Virus record (IMG/VR): IMGVR_UViG_3300045988_164340
Span: 128,001 to 192,000 of that record
Source: a virus
Length of the DNA stretch: 64,000 bases
Reading direction: 5' to 3' (one strand)
Every line of letters begins with the position of its first letter. Position 1 is the stretch's first letter. This document shows positions 1 through 9,083 of the stretch, one piece after another. The translations under genes and the position numbers were made by a program. Below the pieces are notes generated by a model, which saw only the letters and a list, made by a program, of their open reading frames with translations, was not told the origin of the DNA and did no database searches.

Positions 1-10
1 CATTCTATCT

Positions 11-196
11 ATGAAAATACTAATGAAGTCGCTCCCTTTGTCTAAGTTTACTTCTCTTATTCAAGTTTGCAGTGATGGATTTTTTCTTGATAGTACTTAT
101 GCTGTTATCTCTTGCCTATATACTTTGTGTAATGGCTTGAGTGTTCCTTTGGTTACTGAGAGCGGGTTTAAGTTGGAAAAGTTTACTATTTCCTAA
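11..196 (+). CDS. hypothetical protein (weak call)
   Basis: 61-aa ORF at window edge; no SD or motif recognised. Confidence 0.2.
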   Translation: MKILMKSLPLSKFTSLIQVCSDGFFLDSTYAVISCLYTLCNGLSVPLVTESGFKLEKFTIS

Positions 197-239
197 TTGG
201 TATTAAAAATTTTTTAGAATTATTTAAGGGGATACTTTT

Positions 240-926
240 ATGAAGTGGTTTGTTGATGGATATATTCTCAATGTTCATTTTGTCTATGATGCATTATCTG
301 ATACTCTTACATTTGATGGACAGAGTAATAGTATTGGTTTAACTGGTGATAAAAGCCATGCGTGTGATGTTGTAAAAGAAAAAATTTATTGTGGTACTGA
401 ATATGTGCGTGATGTTAAAATTAGTAATGCTGAAATTGTAAAGGATAATTGTGAGCATTACCCACGCAATGATTATTTTACTTTTAACTTTTCTAAAACT
501 GTCACGATTATTAAGGCTATACAGATTAAGAACTTTACAAGTACTTTATATAATAGATGGCAGAAATTTGAGAAAATTAAGCCCAATGAAAATCCTATCA
601 ATGAATCTTGGACTGATTATTATGATTATTATACTTGGTACATTTCTTTAGTAGCTACCTTTAGTAATTTCCTTATGCAGAATTATATTAAGGTTCAAGG
701 TAAAAAGCCTTATAAAGAACTTGAATCTGATATTAATGCTTGGTTTGATTATATTAAGCGAAAGTATAAAGGTGAGACTAAAGTTAAAACTTTTGATAAT
801 ATTATGAATATTGAAGATTTCTTTAGAGCTTTGATGTTCTTCTGCTCTGATTTTAAAATTTTTGGCTACATTGATGGCGGTTGGAATGAAGAGTTAAAGT
901 TCGTTGACAGAGGTTTAATGTTGTGA
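240..926 (+). CDS. hypothetical protein
   Basis: 228-aa ORF, purine-rich SD-like run upstream of ATG, TGA stop; no family recognised. Confidence 0.6.
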   Translation: MKWFVDGYILNVHFVYDALSDTLTFDGQSNSIGLTGDKSHACDVVKEKIYCGTEYVRDVKISNAEIVKDNCEHYPRNDYFTFNFSKTVTIIKAIQIKNFTSTLYNRWQKFEKIKPNENPINESWTDYYDYYTWYISLVATFSNFLMQNYIKVQGKKPYKELESDINAWFDYIKRKYKGETKVKTFDNIMNIEDFFRALMFFCSDFKIFGYIDGGWNEELKFVDRGLML

Positions 927-1167
927 AAGAAGATACTTTATTTAAAATTGTTTGTTTAATGGTAAGTTTTTTCTTTTTGGGTATGTATGGATATGCTTAC
1001 TGGTATATATTTTTAATGAGGTAAAATTATGGTTGTTATTAGTATTATTTTTTGTTGTGTATTAGCTTTGGCTATTGCGGCTGGAATGTGAAAGGTAATT
1101 GCAAATGAATTATGATATTGCGCTTGCTATGGCGTTATTTGCTGTGGCTATTTTGTTGTTTTTGTAA
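923..1167 (+). other. three tandem micro-ORFs for hydrophobic 20-33 aa peptides (923..1024 GTG start, 1029..1091, 1105..1167)
   Basis: translated by eye: VKEDTLFKIVCLMVSFFFLGMYGYAYWYIFLMR; MVVISIIFCCVLALAIAAGM; MNYDIALAMALFAVAILLFL; each is one TM-like helix; below the ORF-track cutoff. Confidence 0.3.
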
Positions 1168-1218
1168 TTGTTGATATTTGTTTGTTATGTAAAATGTAAA
1201 ACAGGAGAATAATAGATT

Positions 1219-1419
1219 ATGATATATAATAATGATTTACTTAAAACCAAAGTTGTTCCTATTGACACAGAAAATAGAAAGAAGTTTATTCTCCCTTCAC
1301 GTTATAGTAAAGTTACTGATAGCGCTTCTTTTTTAGAAGCTTTGTCAAACTGTGAACATAATAATGAAAAGGAAAATTTTATTATTATTGATAGTATTGA
1401 TTTTCCTGTGAAAAGGTAA
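1219..1419 (+). CDS. hypothetical protein
   Basis: 66-aa ORF, AGGAG SD upstream of ATG, TAA stop. Confidence 0.5.
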   Translation: MIYNNDLLKTKVVPIDTENRKKFILPSRYSKVTDSASFLEALSNCEHNNEKENFIIIDSIDFPVKR

Positions 1420-1437
1420 AGTGGAGTGAAATTATAA

Positions 1438-1935
1438 ATGGATAAATTGGAATACCTTAAGCATAAGAAAGAGCAATTTGAGAAAAATCTTGCAAGTGCT
1501 TTTGATGAAAATAATTTACATGTAGTTATTTTTACTGATAATCAGCAGTCTTCTTGTTATGGGCATCATGAGTACTGTGATATGTATGGTGGTTGTGATA
1601 ACACTTGGAGAGATAACATTAGAAATTTATTGACAGGAAAACTTAAATATTATAAGATGACTGTTAATAAGTGGATTACTTATAAATGTGATTGTGGTTG
1701 TAATACTTTTTATATTTATAAGGATTGGTTTGTGTGTTCTGAATGTTTTTCTGAACATATTATGAATGACTTTGTTATTACTTATAAAACTAAAGAAGAT
1801 GTTGAAAAAGTAACTATGCCGATGACTGGAACAGTTGGAATGAATACATGGCATAGATTTGGTTTAATTAGTAAATATGAGTTTGATGAATTTATGAAGG
1901 ATTGTACTAACCCTGAACAGGTTGTGTACTGGTAA
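1438..1935 (+). CDS. Cys-rich (zinc-ribbon-like) protein, paralog of 1995..2573
   Basis: 165 aa; N-terminus MDKLEYLKHKKEQ matches MDKITYLRKAKEK of the neighbour; CDCGC...CSEC cysteine clusters. Confidence 0.65.
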   Translation: MDKLEYLKHKKEQFEKNLASAFDENNLHVVIFTDNQQSSCYGHHEYCDMYGGCDNTWRDNIRNLLTGKLKYYKMTVNKWITYKCDCGCNTFYIYKDWFVCSECFSEHIMNDFVITYKTKEDVEKVTMPMTGTVGMNTWHRFGLISKYEFDEFMKDCTNPEQVVYW

Positions 1936-1994
1936 ATAAATTTATCAGAAATATACTATCAAATAAATTTACTAGAACAGAAGGTTTACTGGTA

Positions 1995-2573
1995 ATGGAT
2001 AAGATTACTTATTTAAGAAAAGCTAAAGAGAAAATTAACAAAGAGTATTTAGAAAAATTGCATGGAATAGATGAGATATTTAAGAGTGAAAATGTTCAGA
2101 TTGCAATTTATGTCGGGAAGAATATTATTTGTAGTAATCTTTATCATGCTATTAAAAATGACGGGACTGTTTCTTTTGAAATTAATGAATTGAAGAGTTT
2201 ATTGAGAGGTAAACTTATTCATACTTCTGATTGGTTTGTTAGTAGATGTCCTAAGTGTGGATGCTATTTATATTATCCATGTGCAAGTACAAGTAAAGGT
2301 TATCCTGAGTATAATAAACATGGCTTTGGTGGTATATGTGCTAATTGCTTTGAGGAAAGATTGATTGAGAATACTAAGGCTATTAATTTTCCTACTGAAA
2401 AGTCTGGTCAGCTTGTGAACTATAAATATTATATTAAAGCTGGTACTATGAATAGAAATGAACTTGAACAGTTTATGAAAGAACTTGGGAATAAAAAGTA
2501 TTGCAATGGCACTTTAATGAGTATTGATAAGGATTTGAATATGTTAGAATTGGGAGCAATGCTCCCGCATTGA
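1995..2573 (+). CDS. Cys-rich (zinc-ribbon-like) protein, paralog of 1438..1935
   Basis: 192 aa; CPKCGC...CANC clusters; shared N-terminal motif with the neighbour. Confidence 0.65.
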   Translation: MDKITYLRKAKEKINKEYLEKLHGIDEIFKSENVQIAIYVGKNIICSNLYHAIKNDGTVSFEINELKSLLRGKLIHTSDWFVSRCPKCGCYLYYPCASTSKGYPEYNKHGFGGICANCFEERLIENTKAINFPTEKSGQLVNYKYYIKAGTMNRNELEQFMKELGNKKYCNGTLMSIDKDLNMLELGAMLPH

Positions 2574-3190
2574 AATTATGTGATACTATTGATAGTGTGG
2601 AATGAAAAGTTTGAGTACTGATTTGTGTTTAGGGTAAAGAATATATGGAGAAAAACGTAGAAAAGTACATTTTGGACAGGGTGTGCAGATATTGGACAGT
2701 TGTGTAAAGTTTTTGGGGTGAAATGATATTAAGGCTTAAATTGTATGGGGAAAATTGAGAATATATCGGTAGTCGATATAGGATAGATATAGCTAATAAG
2801 ATTCTTGTGAAAGTTTGAATAAAGCACAAGAAAGTTGTAAAGTTTGAGAGGGAATTATTGTTTAATTATGATTTTAAATAGGAAAAAACATAAGTGATAT
2901 CACTTTGAAATCATTGTGAGGTTGTTGATAACTTTAAAGAATTTATTAGCGAGATTATTAGTGAGATTAAAAGATATTGAAAAACTTATTAAGAATTATG
3001 ATTGATAAAGATGGAATAGTTTGAAAGATGACCTTGATTTGAGCCTTGAATGATATGGGAAAAATTGAGGTGTCTTGACACCTAACTTGACAGGTGTATA
3101 GTAAATTGTCTTGTCAGCCTTGACGTTTCGAAGGCCAATTTTGCCCATTTTCCCATTCTGGTGCTCCTTTAGGTAAGGAGAGGTAGGCAC
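2574..3190. other. C-depleted (G/A/T-rich) non-coding tract with dispersed short repeats
   Basis: almost no C on + strand; repeats TATGGGGAAAATTGAG (about 2744) / TATGGGAAAAATTGAG (about 3052); AAAGTTTGAG-like words near 2604, 2810, 2838; palindrome AGGTGTC-TT-GACACCT about 3069-3084; composition flips to G-depleted after about 3190. Confidence 0.6.
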
Positions 3191-3334
3191 AAACACAATC
3201 TTTTTTTAAAAAATTTACAAAAAATTCATAATTTGTTCACAATTTAAACAAACCACCTCAAAATGTTCAAAAATTCACATTTCCTCCCTCATGCCCAAAA
3301 AGTAACAATCTGTAACCAAAATCTCATTAACTTC

Positions 3335-3363
3335 TTGACAACACCTCCTTCCTATGTTATAAT
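3335..3363 (+). promoter_or_regulatory. sigma70/sigmaA-type promoter
   Basis: TTGACA (3335-3340), 17-nt spacer, TATAAT (3358-3363) preceded by TGt. Confidence 0.7.
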
Positions 3364-3496
3364 ACTCTCATGGTTGTATAAAGTAGGTAATAAACATTAT
3401 TGCCAACGACCTAAGCGTTAAGGGTGAGTAATCTATTAAGAATCCGTATCTTAATATAAGTTATTCATCATATAGACTTAAGGAAGGAAACGATAA

Positions 3497-4477
3497 ATGA
3501 AAAACAAGAAATATACAATTAAATATAGCAACACAAACATAAACACAAACACACCCACACATGAAGTACAACTCGCAAATACACATCCTCTAATTAAGAC
3601 AAGTATTCGTAAAGCGATTGCAACTTGTCTCACATTCAGTTTAGTGGTAAGTGTAGTAGGGTATGCTCAAGCCTTAAATAAAACAGGCGAAGATAACTTT
3701 TCTAAAGATAATGCTTCAACTTTGAGTGAAACTGAAATCTCATCTCCTCATTATATCGCCATTAAGAACTTTCAAACACACAAAGAAAATTATTGGGACA
3801 CAAACAATATTGGAAATATTAGTCTTGATAGAATTTTTTATGTGGACATGAGTAAAATGGTTGAGAACAATGCTGAAAATAATGATGAGCCTGTTTATAT
3901 TTTTTCAGACATGAGCGTACAGTATTCTGGAAATCAAACTTCTGGAAACCAAACTTCTAAACCTGAGCACACAGAACCTAAAACCTCAACTTATCGCTAC
4001 GCATATTTAATTCATCTGACTGATTCTGAACGTCATGTAGTAGAAAGCATTGTAGCTGGCGAGAGTGGTAATCAGCCCTTTGATGGTAAAAAGCTCGTCG
4101 GACAAGCCGTTTACAATGCGATGCTGAGAGACAATATGTCCCCCTCACAAGTAAGAAAGCAATACTCCTATGATGGATATAAGGACATTGATGAATTTGA
4201 AAAAGAATGTCTTAAAGCCTATGGCAACACAAATGCTGCTGATGAATGTAGACAAGCAGTAAAAGAGATATTCGATAATTATAGTATGCCTACAGATGAT
4301 TTTGTATTATTCTTCTATGCTCCTGCACATAGTAAAGGCACATGGCATGAGAATGCTAAGACTTTAAAGCCTATTACTTATGTAAATGAAGATGGAAGTA
4401 CTACTAATTATATTGGTGGTCATAAATTCTTTGCTTTGAAGAATGAACCTGTAATCAATTATACCAGAGAAGGTTAA
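3497..4477 (+). CDS. membrane-anchored SleB-like cell-wall hydrolase
   Basis: 326 aa; TM segment ATCLTFSLVVSVVGY; C-terminal VAGESGNQPFDGKKLVGQAVYNAM resembles the SleB/hydrolase_2 core. Confidence 0.6.
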   Translation: MKNKKYTIKYSNTNINTNTPTHEVQLANTHPLIKTSIRKAIATCLTFSLVVSVVGYAQALNKTGEDNFSKDNASTLSETEISSPHYIAIKNFQTHKENYWDTNNIGNISLDRIFYVDMSKMVENNAENNDEPVYIFSDMSVQYSGNQTSGNQTSKPEHTEPKTSTYRYAYLIHLTDSERHVVESIVAGESGNQPFDGKKLVGQAVYNAMLRDNMSPSQVRKQYSYDGYKDIDEFEKECLKAYGNTNAADECRQAVKEIFDNYSMPTDDFVLFFYAPAHSKGTWHENAKTLKPITYVNEDGSTTNYIGGHKFFALKNEPVINYTREG

Positions 4478-4924
4478 CAGATTTTAATAAAGCCAAAGAT
4501 TTATAATAATATAATTTATTTGTAAGCAAGCTTAGGACTTGAGTACGGTCTGAATATAGTTTGAATATAATTTAATTCTAAAATATGGCGAACTTAATTT
4601 AGACTGAAAAGTAATAATAATTATAATTAAATTAAAAGAAAAAGAAATAAAAAGTAAAATAAATAAAAAAACAAATAAAAAATAAATAGTCAAAAAACTA
4701 TTAATAATTTAATTATAATACATTACAAATACAAAAGTACAAAGCTACTAAAAATTAGTAGTATACTTTTACCCAAATGATGATGCAACAAAAAACAGAA
4801 CGAAATTTATAAGTAATTAATATATAATTAATCCATAATTTTGTTTAGTTGTATATCTATTGCTCAAGTATGCTTTATACAGCCTAATAATGTCTGTAGT
4901 AAGTCAAGAAAAGTTATTAAACTC
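4478..4924. other. extremely AT-rich spacer with A-tract run
   Basis: about 4610-4700 is almost only A with phased T/G (aaattaaaagaaaaagaaataaaaagtaaaataaataaaaaaacaaataaaaaataaa); no ORF. Confidence 0.5.
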
Positions 4925-4953
4925 TTGACAAGCTACAGGCATTTTGTTATAAT
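4925..4953 (+). promoter_or_regulatory. sigma70/sigmaA-type promoter
   Basis: TTGACA (4925-4930), 17 nt, TATAAT (4948-4953) with TGt. Confidence 0.7.
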
Positions 4954-4995
4954 AATTAATATAAAGAATGTGAAATGTAAAGAGAGGTGCATGTG

Positions 4996-5451
4996 ATGCC
5001 AAGAGGTAGACCGAGGAAAAATCCTCTACCTGTTACTGATACTGTCACGACAAACTCTAGTGGGAATGTTGTAAAGGAAGTTTCTAGTGAGACTACCAAG
5101 ACAGAAGACGTTAATAAAATGGGATTAGAAGTAGAGACTGTCAATAAAGGCAGACCCAAGAAGGATGACACACCTCGATGCGTATGTTGTAAAGAACCTG
5201 TTTATTCAGGGCGTAGATTAAATCTATCTTTGCTTACAACACTTGCATCTTATCATTTTGCTGTAGAAGAAATGCAGCCTTATATTTGTAGTAGGTGTGC
5301 TTCGGATTTAGGTGAGGTTATTAATAAATGGCTCATTAATCATGGAGTAGAAGTTAAGCCATACTATAAGCCAGAATATATGGCTAAGAACTATGATGAG
5401 AATTTAAATAATTCAACTAAAAGTTTGAAGGAGGATAATTTAAATGGCTGA
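4996..5451 (+). CDS. AT-hook / zinc-ribbon DNA-binding protein
   Basis: MPRGRPRKNP and GRPKKDD AT-hook motifs, CVCC...CSRC cysteines; ATG 4996 preferred over GTG 4987. Confidence 0.6.
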   Translation: MPRGRPRKNPLPVTDTVTTNSSGNVVKEVSSETTKTEDVNKMGLEVETVNKGRPKKDDTPRCVCCKEPVYSGRRLNLSLLTTLASYHFAVEEMQPYICSRCASDLGEVINKWLINHGVEVKPYYKPEYMAKNYDENLNNSTKSLKEDNLNG

Positions 5452-5743
5452 GACCAGTATTGATTTCATTCATGGAGAAGACGTTGCTGTATGGAGTTCT
5501 GATTATTTTACAGTAATTAGAATTATGGAGGAATATCTCAAGAATTATCCTGACGAAGTAAGTGTTGTATCTGATTACAGTGACAGTGATGGGCAGAATA
5601 GATGTTTGACTATTAAGATTCCTGCTAAGTGGATGAGAAATCCCAAGCCTCCCAAGAGTCGTAATTTGACTGAGGAACAGAGAGAAGCCATGGTAGAACG
5701 TGGCAAGAGAATTGCTGCTTCAAGATGGGGAAATAAGGAATAA
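5444..5743 (+). CDS. hypothetical protein
   Basis: 99-aa ORF overlapping the upstream stop by 8 nt; TAA stop. Confidence 0.6.
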   Translation: MAETSIDFIHGEDVAVWSSDYFTVIRIMEEYLKNYPDEVSVVSDYSDSDGQNRCLTIKIPAKWMRNPKPPKSRNLTEEQREAMVERGKRIAASRWGNKE

Positions 5744-5765
5744 TATATAAGAATATATAGATATA

Positions 5766-5806
5766 AGAAGACCTGACTTTTATAAGTTGGGTCTTTTTTG
5801 TTTTGC
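5766..5806 (+). terminator. intrinsic terminator closing the left + strand block
   Basis: stem AAGACC/GGTCTT followed by TTTTTTGTTTT. Confidence 0.7.
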
Positions 5807-5809
5807 AAT

Positions 5810-6320
5810 TACGCTTCGAGGGCGTAAGATTGACGAAAGATGGGGGACTTATAGATAAATTATTTATATTTGAGCTTCAGTTTTAAAAAATAGGGATTGG
5901 GTGGTGTAATTTGATGGGTGGAAAAAGAAGTTGATTTTAAGATGAAATTTATAAAGAATTGATTATAATGAAATGGGGAGATGAAATTGCTGAATATTTG
6001 CTGGGAAGAGGTGAAAGTAGCGAAGCGGGAAAAAGATTCCCCTTTGGTGATTTAAAAAAACTTCCCCCGTTGCATTTTAAAAAGGGTGGGTGGGTTGGGA
6101 GATTAAAGTGAGAGAGAAACATAGTGGGACCTTCGCATCCGACGAACCTGAAAAAGTTTTGCCCTTTGATGAGGGTTTATTGAAAGGAAGGCGTTTTTCC
6201 TTTCGATTATCAATTTTAAATTTTCTGGGGTGGTGGTGGGGAAAACTAAAAAATCTCCCCCTTGGAAATTAGAAAAATCCCCCCTTTGAATAAGGAAAAA
6301 GTTCCCCATTAAAAGGGAAA
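5810..6320. repeat. C-depleted tract with six iteron-like repeats and G-quadruplex-type G-runs
   Basis: GAAAAA-N1-3-T(T/C)CCCC-N0-2-TT(G) at 6029-6047, 6054-6073, 6150-6169, 6248-6265, 6272-6289, 6295-6311; GGGTGGGTGGGTTGGG 6084-6099; GGGGTGGTGGTGGGG 6227-6241. Confidence 0.6.
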
Positions 6321-6412
6321 TAGATTCTCACTGAGTAAGAATCTTAACTTATAGCCACTGAGTAACTATAAATGCTAAGAAGTCTAACCCACCCTCCCTA
6401 CCAAGACTTCAC

Positions 6413-6862
6413 TTAACGGACACAAATTGAACCAATGTCTTCATAACGAACGACTTTGTATTCTTCTCGATTATTGTCACGAAGATGAATTTCCTGAAGT
6501 CGTTCATTCCATGTTACATAATCGCACCACATATCAGTGCCATCTTTAAGATAAACCTGAGTCACTGGATGTTCCCTCCTTATTTTCTTCCAAAAATATT
6601 TTTGCTGTTCACAGAAATGCTCGTATTCATATTTTTCATCCCTTCGACGGTATTCTTCATAATACTTTTTAGCCATAGCTAAAGAGTCGATAGATTTACC
6701 ATCTTTAAACTTTCTTGCTGCTAAGATTGAAGTTTCATCCATTTTAGCAATTCCAATGAATGTGAGAATTGTAATAGGAATTACAATAAACCAAAACAAA
6801 GGAACTCCTGCAAACAGACGAATTAGAATTGCAATGGGAAGACCAATTGCGAAGTAAGCCAA
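6413..6862 (-). CDS. membrane protein, last gene of the - strand block
   Basis: 149 aa, TTG start; two N-terminal TM helices (AIGLPIAILIRLFAGVPLFWFIVIPITILTFIGIA). Confidence 0.6.
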   Translation of the reverse strand: MAYFAIGLPIAILIRLFAGVPLFWFIVIPITILTFIGIAKMDETSILAARKFKDGKSIDSLAMAKKYYEEYRRRDEKYEYEHFCEQQKYFWKKIRREHPVTQVYLKDGTDMWCDYVTWNERLQEIHLRDNNREEYKVVRYEDIGSICVR

Positions 6863-6895
6863 AGTATCACAACCTTTCTTTAATTTTGATTATAC

Positions 6896-7216
6896 TTAGG
6901 TTTCATCAGTAATTTTCCCTCCTCTCTTTTCTTTAACTACCTGAGCATAATCCATTTCATAACACCAAATAGAGCCATTGTCATACAAAGGCTTGACAAC
7001 AACACTATCAGGATTCTGCAAATTATCTCTGACATAATTTACTTCTTTCATGGAAAAGAAATAGCGACTGGTTTCATCCTTACGCTTACGCATACAAAGC
7101 TTGTTGAAATGACAGATGCACTCTGTAAAATAAGAGTCAAGCATTTCAGACATAACTTCGGCGAAAATAGCAGCAGAAGAGATAGGAGTAGTGTTGTTGT
7201 TAAGACTCGTTTTCAT
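6896..7216 (-). CDS. hypothetical protein, paralog of 28310..28642
   Basis: 106 aa; ETSRYFFSMKEVNYVRDNL and NGSIWCYEM align with TKERYVFSLKNLEYVLEHL and GNPWCWML. Confidence 0.65.
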   Translation of the reverse strand: MKTSLNNNTTPISSAAIFAEVMSEMLDSYFTECICHFNKLCMRKRKDETSRYFFSMKEVNYVRDNLQNPDSVVVKPLYDNGSIWCYEMDYAQVVKEKRGGKITDET

Positions 7217-7261
7217 GACAATAAATCCTTTCTAAAATAAATAATTTGGTTGTTGAAGTTA

Positions 7262-7289
7262 ATTTAAGAAAGGGGAGATTTCTCTCCCC
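7262..7289 (-). terminator. intrinsic terminator/attenuator hairpin upstream of 6896..7216
   Basis: GGGGAGA-gaaa-TCTCCCC then TTTCTTAAATT in - sense. Confidence 0.55.
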
Positions 7290-7297
7290 AATCTTAT

Positions 7298-7387
7298 TTA
7301 GCTCTACCAATGAGCAACAGGATTGCAATTGCAATCTCGAAACAAAGTAACACACCTTCGACGGTTATACACTTCACCTCCTTTCAT
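7298..7387 (-). CDS. candidate 29-codon leader ORF with penultimate TAG
   Basis: MKGGEVYNRRRCVTLFRDCNCNPVAHW(TAG)S; starts 9 nt after the mini-ORF stop; stop lies 8 nt before the hairpin. Confidence 0.25.
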
Positions 7388-7393
7388 TAGATT

Positions 7394-7408
7394 TTAAAGA
7401 ATCTACAT
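7394..7408 (-). other. SD-ATG-TAG mini-ORF (ATG TAG ATT CTT TAA)
   Basis: GGAAG SD 8 nt upstream; same SD-ATG-TAG signature as the cassette micro-ORFs. Confidence 0.3.
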
Positions 7409-7436
7409 ATACATCACTTCCTTTCTTATTATAACA

Positions 7437-8138
7437 TTAATGCTGCTGAAACACAACTGTTTTCACCTTCTTATTCCAACATTTTTGACAAATTGTACAA
7501 GTGACAGTCTTATCGTGCTGGTTAGGACAAGTCGTATAATTCTTGGGAAAATCAGGATTTTTAGACTTATCTTTAAAATCAACATAAGCCACAGGAAGGT
7601 TATACGGATTAGGAACTTTCCAATCCTTATCCCAAGCAGAGAAAATAATGTTTAAGTTTTTGGGAAGCTTTTCATTTTCAGAAAGCCATTCATTCACGAT
7701 GAAATACTTCTTCGTAAATGCCATAAATTTAACTTTGGGATTCTTCAAAGCAATGTTAACCATTCCATCGAAGAAATCGTAATCAGGAATATCACCAGCG
7801 TCAAAAAATCTACAAAGACCAAGACCAGAATGCTTGAGTTTAAAATCAACCTGATTCCAGAAATCCTCATGGTCATTGTTGTAAATACGAAGATTGCGCA
7901 GATACGAAGCCTGAACGACAGCAATCTGCTGACAACCTTTCATACAATAACAACCACCCTTCTTACAAGGAGCATCTTCACGACAACAACAAGTCGGAAC
8001 TGCCAAATCAATGACTCCCATACCAGTCTTGGAGTTCTTAGTAGTCATGTGAATCTCATTCGTTCTCATAGAAAGATGCTGAATGTATTCTTCACGAGAC
8101 ATGGTGAATTCCTTCTTGTTGTTAACAGACTTAGCCAT
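7437..8138 (-). CDS. GP88-like Cys-rich phage protein
   Basis: 233 aa; NSKTGMGVIDLAVPTCCCREDAPCKKGGCYCMKG resembles the gene-product-88 family by recollection. Confidence 0.55.
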   Translation of the reverse strand: MAKSVNNKKEFTMSREEYIQHLSMRTNEIHMTTKNSKTGMGVIDLAVPTCCCREDAPCKKGGCYCMKGCQQIAVVQASYLRNLRIYNNDHEDFWNQVDFKLKHSGLGLCRFFDAGDIPDYDFFDGMVNIALKNPKVKFMAFTKKYFIVNEWLSENEKLPKNLNIIFSAWDKDWKVPNPYNLPVAYVDFKDKSKNPDFPKNYTTCPNQHDKTVTCTICQKCWNKKVKTVVFQQH

Positions 8139-8193
8139 AATTAAAACTTCCTTTCAAAAATAAAATGTTTGTTGGTGTGTTAGGGACTATATA

Positions 8194-8733
8194 TTAACAG
8201 TGCTCGTGGGTGGTTTTGTCTTCATCCATAGCACTGATTGCCTTAGTAGAAAGGCATAAAAGGTCTTCATTTGTAAAAGTATGAAGCTGATTTTGTGCTT
8301 TGTGTTTGGCATCATCAAAGCTCTTTGCTTCAACGACAACTTCGAGAGTGCCTTTAACCTCAAGAAGAACGTCATATTTTTGAAACTTAGAAGACTGCTT
8401 GAGTTCTGTTGCATAATATTCTTTAAGAGTACTTATAGCCAGAATGAAACTAGACCTAAAAGCAAGACCAGACCAAAGGGTAATGTTTGTTTTAAGGTCA
8501 ACAATCCAATAAACAGGAGGATGTTCAAGCTCCTCCTTCATTTCAGACTGCTCCTTGAGATACTTCATAAAATCTCGAAGATATTCGTACATATAAGCCT
8601 CTTTGATATGTTTGCCATCATAACGAGAAGTAGGCAAAGAAATGTTATCATAATACTCAGGGTCTCCAAAAGCAATCATGACAACGGGCTTATTAATATG
8701 GTCTCCACAGAAATAAGTTAACATTACGCACAC
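8194..8733 (-). CDS. hypothetical protein
   Basis: 179-aa ORF, 10-nt overlap with upstream gene, TAA stop. Confidence 0.7.
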   Translation of the reverse strand: MCVMLTYFCGDHINKPVVMIAFGDPEYYDNISLPTSRYDGKHIKEAYMYEYLRDFMKYLKEQSEMKEELEHPPVYWIVDLKTNITLWSGLAFRSSFILAISTLKEYYATELKQSSKFQKYDVLLEVKGTLEVVVEAKSFDDAKHKAQNQLHTFTNEDLLCLSTKAISAMDEDKTTHEHC

Positions 8734-9050
8734 TCCTTTTCAATTTCTTTGATGTGAGACAACATGGAATTTACAACATAGACAAAATTATGCGTATAAG
8801 AAAGCGCATAATGATTTTTCCAATCACGGCTATCCCAAATCCACTTGATAGAAAGCTTTTCAGTTTCAGGGTTATAGATAGTCATGATTCCAAGACATCT
8901 CTCAGGACTTTCATCAAGGATATCAACTTTGGGAGGATAAAACTCGATATAATATCTATGTTCTACGTTTGCCCAAGGTGTAAAGATTTTAAACTTGCCA
9001 TACTTATTTTCGATATTGGTACGAACAGAACGAAGATTTAAGGTTGACAT
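8724..9050 (-). CDS. hypothetical protein
   Basis: 108-aa ORF, AAGGAG SD, TAA stop. Confidence 0.7.
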   Translation of the reverse strand: MSTLNLRSVRTNIENKYGKFKIFTPWANVEHRYYIEFYPPKVDILDESPERCLGIMTIYNPETEKLSIKWIWDSRDWKNHYALSYTHNFVYVVNSMLSHIKEIEKECA

Positions 9051-9083
9051 AGTTATACTCCTTTCAATTTTAAACGGTTTAAC

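Noticed and set aside
2629-6309. ORFs 2629..2829(-), 2996..3196(-), 6090..6272(+) and 6103..6309(-) in the C-depleted tracts
   Set aside because: They are open only because of skewed composition. They have no SD and repeat-derived sequence. I treat them as non-coding.
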